Made by a program: the position numbers and the translations under genes
Part shown: positions 8,096 through 15,651 of the stretch, in pieces
Layout of the letters: every line of letters begins with the position of its first letter
How positions within the stretch are numbered: the first letter of the stretch is position 1
From: a virus
Lineage: Duplodnaviria; Caudoviricetes
Reading direction: 5' to 3' (one strand)
DNA: 33,570 nt
IMG/VR virus record: IMGVR_UViG_3300043447_000083
Location: 1-33,570 of that record
Notes under the pieces: model-generated
Database searches by the model: none
Told to the model about the DNA's origin: nothing
The model's input: the letters and a program-made list of their open reading frames with translations, nothing else

Positions 8096-8439
8096 AGCTT
8101 TGTTATTTCAAATTCTATTCTAGGATTCTCTTTGTCTATGAATTTATACATTAGCAAGCGATGGCATAGCCTATCATTTTCTATTACGTTACAATTTTGT
8201 AAACAATCAAGAATAATCTTTGCAGAATTGTCAAGGTCAGAGCGATTTGATTGAAAATAAACAAAAATTTCAATCGAAAATTTATCTTTAATAGGCTCGC
8301 TTGGTTTTCCTTTTGCTAAAGATAGTAACCATTTAAACTTATTCTCGTACTCTATCAGCTCTTTAGATTTATAAAGTCTATTATTAGCTATTTTATATCC
8401 ATTAGATTTACTTGGGACTTGTCCTTGAATTATTATCAT
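8092..8439 (-). CDS. rusA: RusA-like Holliday junction resolvase
   Basis: VPSKSN, DLDNSAKIILDCLQ, IENDR and NPRIEFEI motifs. Confidence 0.85.
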   Translation of the reverse strand: MIIIQGQVPSKSNGYKIANNRLYKSKELIEYENKFKWLLSLAKGKPSEPIKDKFSIEIFVYFQSNRSDLDNSAKIILDCLQNCNVIENDRLCHRLLMYKFIDKENPRIEFEITKL

Positions 8440-9101
8440 CAGAATAAAGTTAGCTGGTCTGTGTGTTGTTTAAATCGTTTTTCGCTTGCTTTAAAGTAAT
8501 CCTCATCTAATTCAAATCCAGTAAACTCAAAACCTAAATCGTAAGCGGCTATTCTAGAGCTTCCGCTACCTAAATGCGTATCTAGGATTTTATCCCCTTG
8601 TTTTGCGTAGTTAGTCAATATCCACTTATAAAGTTTGACTGGCTTTTGTGTTGGATGTATTCTATTCTCCTTGTTTTTCATATCTCCTTGAAGCATTCCA
8701 GACCACATAAATTTATACTTTCTTACCGCTGATTTAAAAGATGTCCAAGCAAGTTCGCAATCAGCAAAATCTGTTTCTCCGTTGTCTTTATCCCACACTA
8801 TCCAACAAGAAGAATCAAATGGAATTTTTGAAATAAAATGATTTGCCCCCCAAATTATTTGGTTTTTACTTATTCTTTTAAGTTCATTAAAGTATTCTAT
8901 TTCTGGAGAATTTTTATCATTTCCAGCAAATGCTTTATAATCTTTTGGTTTAGCTAAGCCTCCGGTTCTTGTTTTATTTTTTGAACCATCCTCCCCTATC
9001 CCGTAAGGTGGGTCTACAATTGCTAACTCAAAATAATTATCTGGGTATTGTTTCATACCTTCTATGCAATCCATGTTAAAAACTTCTGATTTTGCTTTCA
9101 T
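8439..9101 (-). CDS. DNA N4/N6 methyltransferase (beta-type order), orphan
   Basis: Catalytic DPPY precedes HPTQKP and SAM-binding DTHLGSGS. Confidence 0.9.
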   Translation of the reverse strand: MKAKSEVFNMDCIEGMKQYPDNYFELAIVDPPYGIGEDGSKNKTRTGGLAKPKDYKAFAGNDKNSPEIEYFNELKRISKNQIIWGANHFISKIPFDSSCWIVWDKDNGETDFADCELAWTSFKSAVRKYKFMWSGMLQGDMKNKENRIHPTQKPVKLYKWILTNYAKQGDKILDTHLGSGSSRIAAYDLGFEFTGFELDEDYFKASEKRFKQHTDQLTLF

Positions 9102-9862
9102 TATTCAATAGGTTTAATTTCTCCTTCTTCTGTAAGATATGCTTTAAAGTCTGCTAAGTTTTCTACAAACTCCTTATAACATTGAGCTTTACAAGCCATA
9201 ATAAGTTCATCCTTATCAACAAATTTGTTTACATTACTTGCGTAAATTCTTTGTTTATCCTCTAGGCTAGCCTCATATATGCCAAATTTTACGATGTAAT
9301 CGTATAGAACGTGTAAACCTCCAGCTATCCATTTCATTTTAATATTACGCTCGTGGCATCTAATCATTTCTTGAGAGTACATATTAGCCGAGTTAATCGC
9401 TGCCATCTTTAAATCTGCATCGCTTGGAATTTCTTTAGGTGCTTCTATCTCTTTTACTACCGTTATAGTCTCTTGTCTAGCGTAATCGATGTAAGCTTTC
9501 ATGATTCGACCAAAGTATTCACAAGAAAAGTTCTCATAGCATTTAGCATCGATTTCTAATTTACCACTTACCGCTAATTCAAAGGCTAGTTTTATCTCTT
9601 CTGGTGTTTGGTTTCCAAAATTTGAACGAATGAAATTTAGTAAGACAAACTTTTCTTCTTCGGTAGGCATATTATTTCCTCTAAGACCCACTAAAACCAT
9701 TGAATAGCGTAACACTTGCTTTAAGTCCTCTTCGTGTCTTAAACGTAAGCTTTGGGTACTCTGTGCTTGCAAGATGATATTAGCGGAAGCGTTACCAGTT
9801 TTTAATGGCTTCCATTCTTGCGGCAGATGTTCCAAGTTTTGGTTCGTTGTTTGAATTTCCAT
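9101..9862 (-). CDS. Putative replication accessory (helicase-loader-position) protein
   Basis: 253 aa directly after the initiator, overlapping it by 71 nt; function inferred from position only. Confidence 0.45.
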   Translation of the reverse strand: MEIQTTNQNLEHLPQEWKPLKTGNASANIILQAQSTQSLRLRHEEDLKQVLRYSMVLVGLRGNNMPTEEEKFVLLNFIRSNFGNQTPEEIKLAFELAVSGKLEIDAKCYENFSCEYFGRIMKAYIDYARQETITVVKEIEAPKEIPSDADLKMAAINSANMYSQEMIRCHERNIKMKWIAGGLHVLYDYIVKFGIYEASLEDKQRIYASNVNKFVDKDELIMACKAQCYKEFVENLADFKAYLTEEGEIKPIE

Positions 9863-10484
9863 TAGTATTAAATTTAGATTTGTTACTCATCCAGGTCTTT
9901 ACTCTTCTGCTAATATCGAAAAACTTTTCGCATTCCCATCGTTCTTTTCCCTTGCTATTTTTTTCTGTCCAATAGAAATAAAATTTTTCATATTCACCTT
10001 CTAACTCTTTAGAGTATGGGTGAAGCATTTCACCAAATGTTATCTTTACTTTACTTTCATTTACTTTACTTTCTTTTTCTTTACTTTCCTTTCCTTTACT
10101 TTGTTGAACGGTCGTTGAACGGTCGTTGAGCAATCGTTTCTCGGCTGATGCTTTGCCTGCCAATTTACGTTGTTCTTTCATCCTAAAATAAGGCTCTAAG
10201 TAAACTAGCATCTTAGGAGAAAAGAATTTTTGTTCTTCATCTATCTCAAATAACTGATAGTTGCATACTGCTACTCTTACCTTTGCTTCTGATACCCCAA
10301 ACTCTTCCGCTAAGAGGTCTAAATCCTCTAATGGGTACATTAAGTCTTGTTGTTCCCTTAATGTCTCTAATAGCATAAAATAAATGCCATAACCTTCTGT
10401 TCCAAGTTCTTTGCGTAACCGCCTAATTTTGCGGTCGTGCCTTGCATTACAAAAATGCGGGAAATAAAATGCTTCTTTTTCCAT
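9792..10484 (-). CDS. Putative replication initiator, Lin1244/Lin1753-like (DUF4373) N-terminus
   Basis: YFPHFCNARHDRKIRRLRKELGTEGYGIYFMLLETL; internal iterons and a low-complexity KESK linker. Confidence 0.7.
   Translation of the reverse strand: MEKEAFYFPHFCNARHDRKIRRLRKELGTEGYGIYFMLLETLREQQDLMYPLEDLDLLAEEFGVSEAKVRVAVCNYQLFEIDEEQKFFSPKMLVYLEPYFRMKEQRKLAGKASAEKRLLNDRSTTVQQSKGKESKEKESKVNESKVKITFGEMLHPYSKELEGEYEKFYFYWTEKNSKGKERWECEKFFDISRRVKTWMSNKSKFNTNGNSNNEPKLGTSAARMEAIKNW
10043..10138. repeat. Iteron-like repeats plus purine/pyrimidine tract (candidate origin)
   Basis: gttgaacggtc x2 plus gttgagcaatc (10103-10135), next to a tttact/tttc-rich tract (10043-10102), inside the initiator gene. 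Confidence 0.65.
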
Positions 10485-10493
10485 TTTTAAAAT

Positions 10494-10582
10494 AAAAAAA
10501 GCCAGTCTGCGTAGGAGTGCAAAGCTGGCTTCGGTTTTTTAACCTTTAAATAACCCAAGAACTCCTACCCTCTTGGCTTATT
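10494..10582 (-). promoter_or_regulatory. Two-hairpin kissing-loop leader; the second hairpin is terminator-like
   Basis: Loops GUAGGAGU (10561-10568) and ACUCCUAC (10511-10518) are exact complements. The second hairpin ends in a U7 run 9 nt before the ATG. Confidence 0.75.
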
Positions 10583-10598
10583 GTTTTGCAATTTAAAA

Positions 10599-10733
10599 CT
10601 AATTTCTAGATAGTAAAACTTTTTTTACTTCTTTTTTATTAGAATACTTAGCCGAATAGTAAAGCTTCTTATAATCCTTACTTAGCTCTTTTGCTATGTG
10701 TTCTTGCCATTGATTAAATTTATGCTTTTCCAT
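10599..10733 (-). CDS. 44-aa basic hypothetical protein
   Basis: MEKHKFNQWQEHIAKELSKDYKK...; tiles the gap. Confidence 0.5.
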   Translation of the reverse strand: MEKHKFNQWQEHIAKELSKDYKKLYYSAKYSNKKEVKKVLLSRN

Positions 10734-10734
10734 T

Positions 10735-10884
10735 TTAAGTGTTAAATAAATTTAAAAATTCTCTAAAAAATGGATTATCTTTCATTTCAAATAATTGACA
10801 TTCGTGATATTTACCCTGAAATAAAACATTTCCTTTATTATCAATAACTTGATAAGTTTCATTTATTAAATGTATAATTTTCAT
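10735..10884 (-). CDS. 49-aa hypothetical protein
   Basis: MKIIHLINETYQVIDNKGNVLFQGKYHEC...; 1-nt gaps to both neighbours. Confidence 0.55.
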   Translation of the reverse strand: MKIIHLINETYQVIDNKGNVLFQGKYHECQLFEMKDNPFFREFLNLFNT

Positions 10885-10885
10885 T

Positions 10886-11074
10886 TTAGTTAGTGTTTAT
10901 AAGTGCATCTTGCACCGCTTCCCAGTAATCTATGTTATCGCCTAATGTAACTGCTACAAGTAAATCAATGTGTAGAATTGCGGAGGCTATTGCCTCTTCT
11001 TTGCTTTTCTTAGTTCTTACTTGAGAGTTCATAAAATGCTTAATAAGCTCGGTGGATTTTTGCTTTGGTGTCAT
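10886..11074 (-). CDS. Small protein, MTPKEKA...YW family paralogue
   Basis: MTPKQKSTELI...AIASAILHID...DYWEAV. Confidence 0.65.
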   Translation of the reverse strand: MTPKQKSTELIKHFMNSQVRTKKSKEEAIASAILHIDLLVAVTLGDNIDYWEAVQDALINTN

Positions 11075-11077
11075 GGC

Positions 11078-11308
11078 TTATAAGTCTAAGTTAAATTTAT
11101 CAGCTCTTGCTTCGTGATTTCCTGTGCGCATATAAGCTAACTCCATGCGTACTTCTTGCCAGTAAGCTGAATCAAGTTCGCCATCAGTTCTATCTTGGAT
11201 TATTTCATAAACGCAGATTAAAGCGGCTTGTCTGCTTAAATCAAAATCCATTGTAAAATCTAGCGTATATCTTCTTATTAGCTGGTCTGCTTTTTCTTTC
11301 GGTGTCAT
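11078..11308 (-). CDS. Small protein, MTPKEKA...YW family paralogue (76 aa)
   Basis: MTPKEKADQLI...QAALICVYEII...YWQEV; start moved to 11308 to remove the overlap. Confidence 0.65.
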   Translation of the reverse strand: MTPKEKADQLIRRYTLDFTMDFDLSRQAALICVYEIIQDRTDGELDSAYWQEVRMELAYMRTGNHEARADKFNLDL

Positions 11309-11330
11309 ATTTTTAAGTTTAGTTCTATAA

Positions 11331-11570
11331 TTAAATTTGTTCTGGTCTTTCAAGACTAAATCCAATGTAGCTATATTCGGTAAATGATAAAACCAAAGGC
11401 ATTCCGGGAGCAGTTCTGCCATCTTCTGTAAATAGTTCGCAGTCCCAGTTTAAAAATTCTACTTCTACTGGTAGTTCCCTATTGTAATCGTTAGTAATAC
11501 CCATTACTTTACCCCAGCCATACGCTGAATGAAACACGTGGTCTCCTTTTTTAAATGTTTGCTTGTTCAT
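11331..11570 (-). CDS. Small SH3/Tudor-like barrel protein
   Basis: FKKGDHVFHSAYGWGKV...PVEVEF. Confidence 0.55.
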   Translation of the reverse strand: MNKQTFKKGDHVFHSAYGWGKVMGITNDYNRELPVEVEFLNWDCELFTEDGRTAPGMPLVLSFTEYSYIGFSLERPEQI

Positions 11571-11758
11571 TATTTTATGTTTAATTCTTCCATTATTAGT
11601 TTAATTTCTTCCATTACTTCAGGGTAGTTTACTTTGCCATAAACCGTTTGCTGGATTATAGGTAAGTTCCATTCCCTTGCGCTAAAGGGTTTTATCCCCT
11701 TAGCGTTTAAACGGTCAGCGCATAGCTGATATAAATTCATTTTCTTAATACGTTGCAT
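11570..11758 (-). CDS. Small putative DNA-binding protein
   Basis: ADRLNAKGIKP...W...V resembles the recombinase DNA-binding domain helix motif. Confidence 0.5.
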   Translation of the reverse strand: MQRIKKMNLYQLCADRLNAKGIKPFSAREWNLPIIQQTVYGKVNYPEVMEEIKLIMEELNIK

Positions 11759-12083
11759 CTTCTAATTCTTTTAAATATGGCTCTGAGCCTATTACTTTAT
11801 ATCCTTGCCTTAATTTATCATCACAATATTTTATATATTCTTGATGAGATGAAAATCTTTCAATTACGCTATGATATCCACCTAAACTATACTTTAAATC
11901 TAATCGTAATACTTGAGGATAAATCTCAACTTCTTTAGATTTTTCGCATATAAAAACTAAGCCTTCTGCTAGTCTGTCGCTCATCCAATTATTAAACTTT
12001 GATTCTGTTTGGAAGTCATTGTAATAAGTAACCGACCAGTTAGAAGAGTTTTTAAACATGAAATATTTATCTTGCTTATACAT
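11745..12083 (-). CDS. Hypothetical protein with an internal two-fold repeat
   Basis: FQTESKFNNWMSDRLAEGLVFI vs FSSHQEYIKYCDDKLRQGYKVI; likely start MYKQD at 12083. Confidence 0.55.
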   Translation of the reverse strand: MYKQDKYFMFKNSSNWSVTYYNDFQTESKFNNWMSDRLAEGLVFICEKSKEVEIYPQVLRLDLKYSLGGYHSVIERFSSHQEYIKYCDDKLRQGYKVIGSEPYLKELEDATY

Positions 12084-12084
12084 A

Positions 12085-12600
12085 TCAGTCTTCTTTAGTT
12101 TGAATACAATTATAGATAAAATCAAAATGCCTTGTTTTGGTATCTAGTAATTCATTTGTATCGTACCTTCTATACATAAATCTTTCTCTATCATAAATAA
12201 TAAAACGATGAGCTTTCATATGTTCTTTTTTTGTTAGGTAAATAATATCTAGTAAATCTTCTTCATTGTAAGACCAGTGGTGTTTTTCTTGATTTTCAAT
12301 ACTTTTAATTTTCCAAGAAACATTTCTAGCTTTAGCTTTTTCTGGATATAGCAAGTTATAGTTTATAATTCTTTGTTTACTTGCTTTTCCAGTTCCTAAA
12401 TAAAGTCTACGATATTTATCTCTATTTCTTTTTCTTTCTAATTCGACATATTCAAAATCATTTCTTTTTTCAATTTGATTTATCTTTATGTCATTTTTAG
12501 CACAAGATTTACATTTATTTAAATGCCCATCTTTCATTTGATTGTGTGTATAAAAATTCGATAACTCCTTTTCAATACCACATTTAAAACATTTTTTCAT
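12085..12600 (-). CDS. Zn-finger/HNH-like endonuclease
   Basis: CxxC...CxxC N-terminus and HHWSY...LTKKEHMKAH; very AT-rich; has its own promoter. Confidence 0.65.
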   Translation of the reverse strand: MKKCFKCGIEKELSNFYTHNQMKDGHLNKCKSCAKNDIKINQIEKRNDFEYVELERKRNRDKYRRLYLGTGKASKQRIINYNLLYPEKAKARNVSWKIKSIENQEKHHWSYNEEDLLDIIYLTKKEHMKAHRFIIYDRERFMYRRYDTNELLDTKTRHFDFIYNCIQTKED

Positions 12601-12613
12601 ATATCTTTTTTTA

Positions 12614-12621
12614 CAAAGGTA
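12614..12621 (-). promoter_or_regulatory. Bacteroidota -7 promoter element
   Basis: TACCTTTG matches TAnnTTTG, 13 nt upstream of the ATG at 12600. Confidence 0.6.
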
Positions 12622-12648
12622 AATAAAATATTTTAATAAACTACCTTT

Positions 12649-12927
12649 TTAGAATGGGAGGTCACTTGGAATTTCTGGAGCATTTTGTCTAGGCATATCC
12701 GAATCATAAATAACTTTACCATTACCTAGATAAACTTTCGGAGCTTTCGCATCACGTTCTTCTTTGGTTTGTGATACCCAGATAGAGGCATTGTTTCCGT
12801 ACTGGTCTGGTACATCGTTTAACGAGATAGTAATATTTACCGATTCTTCGTTAGTACGTTTGTTTGTGTAGTGAACTAAGCCTTGTAATTTAGACTTGTT
12901 AATTTGAGCATTGATTAATTTTCCCAT
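12649..12927 (-). CDS. Single-stranded DNA-binding protein-like
   Basis: Follows ERF; DQYGN...YLGNGK core and an SSB-type acidic tail ending SDLPF. Confidence 0.7.
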   Translation of the reverse strand: MGKLINAQINKSKLQGLVHYTNKRTNEESVNITISLNDVPDQYGNNASIWVSQTKEERDAKAPKVYLGNGKVIYDSDMPRQNAPEIPSDLPF

Positions 12928-12929
12928 TG

Positions 12930-13481
12930 TTATGATAATTGAAGTTTACGTTTTGTTAATAAATTAAGTATGTCTTGGTTGCTACTCATTTTACTTTCGT
13001 TAGCAATGAATAGACTAGATAACTCGGATAATGATTTACAATCGTTAATAATAGATTCCCAATCTGTTTGACCATTTTTTTCTGGATATGATTTAGCAAC
13101 TTTTAAAGGTTGTGATATTGGAATAGAAGCATCCGTATCCTTGTCAGTTACTAAACCAAGCATCGAGCTTAAAGCATAACGTCTAAAATAAGTAACTCCC
13201 GACCCATAGCTTTGATATTCGTTCATAGCACCTAACTTTACTAAAGGTATCGGTGTATGGCTCTCGATTTGTTCTCCGCTCTCTACGTGGAAAAGAATAG
13301 TCCTAATGCCATCGTTCTCTAGTAGCTGAGTAAAGCAAAGTTTATGCTTTTTAAGTAGCGGATTAATCACGCTAAAGATTTGAGGTAAATCGGCATAAGT
13401 GTAGTTATGTCCTTTTGTGTCCTTGTGGATAATCGGGCATTCGTTTTGGAACTCCGATAGTGCTTTAATTAAATTTTTCAT
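12930..13481 (-). CDS. erf: ERF-family ssDNA annealing protein
   Basis: YTYADL...PLLKKHKL...GSGVTYFRRYALSSMLGL. Confidence 0.9.
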   Translation of the reverse strand: MKNLIKALSEFQNECPIIHKDTKGHNYTYADLPQIFSVINPLLKKHKLCFTQLLENDGIRTILFHVESGEQIESHTPIPLVKLGAMNEYQSYGSGVTYFRRYALSSMLGLVTDKDTDASIPISQPLKVAKSYPEKNGQTDWESIINDCKSLSELSSLFIANESKMSSNQDILNLLTKRKLQLS

Positions 13482-13626
13482 TTGAGATAATATTTACAAG
13501 TTTAGAATTTGATTTATGGCATTCATTAGATATAATATCTCTTGCTTGCCAAAGCTCTGGATTGTATGACCAAGTCATAGTATAAGTTCCGGACGAGTCT
13601 TGGAATTGTGCTTTTAAGATGCTCAT
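13465..13626 (-). CDS. 53-aa hypothetical protein
   Basis: MSILKAQFQDSSGTYTMTWSYNPELW...; tiles the gap. Confidence 0.5.
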   Translation of the reverse strand: MSILKAQFQDSSGTYTMTWSYNPELWQARDIISNECHKSNSKLVNIISNEKFN

Positions 13627-13630
13627 TGGT

Positions 13631-13741
13631 TTAGATGTTTTGAATAAAGTAAATGATATAAAATACTAGGTAAACGAACGTGGAGATTAGAATAGCCTCA
13701 GCTATATCGTTCTTGTCGATTTGTTTAAGATGCTCTCTCAT
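13631..13741 (-). CDS. 36-aa membrane peptide
   Basis: MREHLKQIDKNDIAEAILISTFVYLVFYIIYFIQNI. Confidence 0.5.
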   Translation of the reverse strand: MREHLKQIDKNDIAEAILISTFVYLVFYIIYFIQNI

Positions 13742-13760
13742 TTTGTAAGATTTTAAAGGT

Positions 13761-14021
13761 TTAAAATAAATTAGTATATCTTGATTCGTATTTTTTCTCT
13801 ATACTCTTCCAGTATGCTCTACCTTCTTTTGTATTATCAATAGTAATACAAGAAGAAATAACACACGTACTTGAGCAAGTTAATTGGTCGAAGTCTTTTT
13901 TGATTTGCTTAATACTTCTTCCAAATTGCTTTTGCTCTTTAGCATAATAAGATAAAATAATTTGATATAAATCTTTATCGTATCTGCTAATAGTCATCAA
14001 CATTGATAGGGGATATTTCAT
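13761..14021 (-). CDS. First early gene, hypothetical protein
   Basis: 86 aa with a TKEGRAYW motif, directly downstream of a consensus promoter. Confidence 0.65.
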   Translation of the reverse strand: MKYPLSMLMTISRYDKDLYQIILSYYAKEQKQFGRSIKQIKKDFDQLTCSSTCVISSCITIDNTKEGRAYWKSIEKKYESRYTNLF

Positions 14022-14060
14022 TTTGATTGTGTTTAGAATTGTTTTGCCTTATTGACACTT

Positions 14061-14068
14061 CAAAGATA
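14061..14068 (-). promoter_or_regulatory. Early promoter, Bacteroidota -7 element
   Basis: TATCTTTG matches TAnnTTTG, with a very AT-rich upstream region. Confidence 0.7.
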
Positions 14069-14124
14069 CGACTATATTTTAAATAAAAAAATCTTTTTTA
14101 AATTTTTTATTAATTATTTCTTTG

Positions 14125-14160
14125 AAACAAAAATGCCCCTAGATAATATCTAAGGGCATT
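14125..14160 (-). terminator. Intrinsic terminator ending the late region
   Basis: AATGCCCTTAGATA-T-TATCTAGGGGCATT followed by TTTGTTT. Confidence 0.8.
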
Positions 14161-14207
14161 CAATAAACAATTCTAAACCTATAAAAACTCTATTATGAAA
14201 ACAAATC
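14125..14207 (-). ncRNA. Candidate antisense small RNA (ends approximate)
   Basis: Bounded by TAGATTTG (14211-14218) and a terminator; carries a 14-nt perfect complement of the 14021 gene leader. Confidence 0.5.
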
Positions 14208-14215
14208 CTACAAAT

Positions 14216-15208
14216 CTAAACTATTTTTCCGTCTTTAATCATAATATTAGAGACTTTTGTTTTGCCTTCTACTATATCTACTAAAGCGAATCCTTGATTG
14301 TGCTGTGCAAAAGGATAGTATTTAGGGGATAACTGGGTTAAGCAACCTGTACTATACGTATGATAGAACTCCTTAAAACCATTCTTTTTAATAGTGCTAG
14401 TGGTTCTATGCACGTGACCTATAATCGTGTTACAAAACGTCTTGTTAAATGTGCTTTGTGATGGGTTCATTCCTCCCGCCATTATCTCGTGTCCGTGAAG
14501 TATGAGTAAATCTCCTAGCTCTATCCCTTGCCAATCGGGTACGTAAGTAATAGCTAGCTTATCTAGTCTAAAGAATTGCTCAAATTGCATCTCGTGTAAC
14601 TGGGCAAATTCTTCGGCTTGTTCGTTAAGGTATCTTTGCCAGCGATTCTCATGGTTACCCATTTTGTAGTATATAGGAATTAATGGGAATATGTCTCTTA
14701 TCTTTTGTAAGAAGTTTCGCCCCATCTCAATCTCTCTAGCAAAGTCACGTAAATCCTTTTCCTTTTCGTGTCTTGATATAGCGTAGAAGTCAAAAACATC
14801 GCCATTAAGAATGAGGCAATCTATTGCTTGCTCTCTTAGATGCTTAATAGCACAAGTTAAAGCCTCTAAAGAGTGATAAGGCACGTGTATATCTGATAGA
14901 ATACCCACCTTTTTAAAGTCTTCTGTAATACGAAAGCTAGTATATTCTTTGCCTAAGCTCTCTTCGATTCCAAAGTTATCAACCTCGTCTAGGTTAAAGG
15001 ATTCTATCTTGGCACTTGGTCTAGTTTGTTTCCAATATTCCGACCTTTTCTTAACTGAAATACCCATTCTAGTAAGTGCCTTGTGTAAATTTATTACGTC
15101 CTTGTATCCGTAGTTCTCCCAATTCTCACGCTCAAAGTCCGCTCTAGTCATATTAGTAGAATAGAAATGGTCTTTGATTGTCTTAGCTAATTCGCTATTT
15201 GATTGCAT
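14216..15208 (-). CDS. Calcineurin-like metallophosphoesterase
   Basis: DIH, GDVFD, GNHE, HGH and GHVH motifs. Confidence 0.9.
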   Translation of the reverse strand: MQSNSELAKTIKDHFYSTNMTRADFERENWENYGYKDVINLHKALTRMGISVKKRSEYWKQTRPSAKIESFNLDEVDNFGIEESLGKEYTSFRITEDFKKVGILSDIHVPYHSLEALTCAIKHLREQAIDCLILNGDVFDFYAISRHEKEKDLRDFAREIEMGRNFLQKIRDIFPLIPIYYKMGNHENRWQRYLNEQAEEFAQLHEMQFEQFFRLDKLAITYVPDWQGIELGDLLILHGHEIMAGGMNPSQSTFNKTFCNTIIGHVHRTTSTIKKNGFKEFYHTYSTGCLTQLSPKYYPFAQHNQGFALVDIVEGKTKVSNIMIKDGKIV

Positions 15209-15650
15209 TTAGTCCAAATTTAAGGTATATCCAAGCAACTAAAGCTAGAAACTCTATAAACAATAGAATAACAACCCAAGTAGGAACTCGGTATTTAATA
15301 ACTTCTTTGTCTCTATACTCAATCCATTTTACCTGAGAGTTACGATAGTTATTCTCTATCTCGTTTCTCATGGAGTCTATATCGATTTGAGCTTGAATAT
15401 TGCCACCTACCGAACGAATAATAACCTTGCCTTGTGGTAGTACCAATTTAGAATAAAAGTTGCTTAGAAGCCCACTAGAGTCGCAAGGGTTTACAATGGT
15501 TAGAGTATCGTGAATAGCCTTATACTTTTCTACTATTTTCACGCTTTGTATAGTATCGATTCTAACGAGTTCTTTATACTCGGTTAGGGTCTTGTTACCT
15601 TTACAAGATATAAACGTAACACAACACAAAAGAATAAGAAATTTGTGCAT
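15195..15650 (-). CDS. Lipoprotein with C-terminal TM; unimolecular spanin candidate
   Basis: Signal plus lipobox MHKFLILLCCVTFISC; C-terminal TM WVVILLFIEFLALVAWIYL; follows the endolysin. Confidence 0.7.
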   Translation of the reverse strand: MHKFLILLCCVTFISCKGNKTLTEYKELVRIDTIQSVKIVEKYKAIHDTLTIVNPCDSSGLLSNFYSKLVLPQGKVIIRSVGGNIQAQIDIDSMRNEIENNYRNSQVKWIEYRDKEVIKYRVPTWVVILLFIEFLALVAWIYLKFGLNAIK

Positions 15651-15651
15651 A

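Noticed and set aside
7733-9101. Restriction-modification pair (MTase plus PD-(D/E)XK protein)
   Set aside because: The genes are separated by rusA and the nuclease-like protein is only 120 aa; an orphan MTase is more parsimonious.
10043-10138. CRISPR array
   Set aside because: The repeats are 11 bp, abutting, spacerless and inside a CDS. No array was seen anywhere in the window.
14195-14284. 29-aa plus-strand ORF MKTNPTNL... with a leader-like upstream sequence
   Set aside because: It overlaps the phosphoesterase antisense and has no plus-strand TAnnTTTG. The leader-like look is better explained as the complement of an antisense RNA, though it is not fully excluded.
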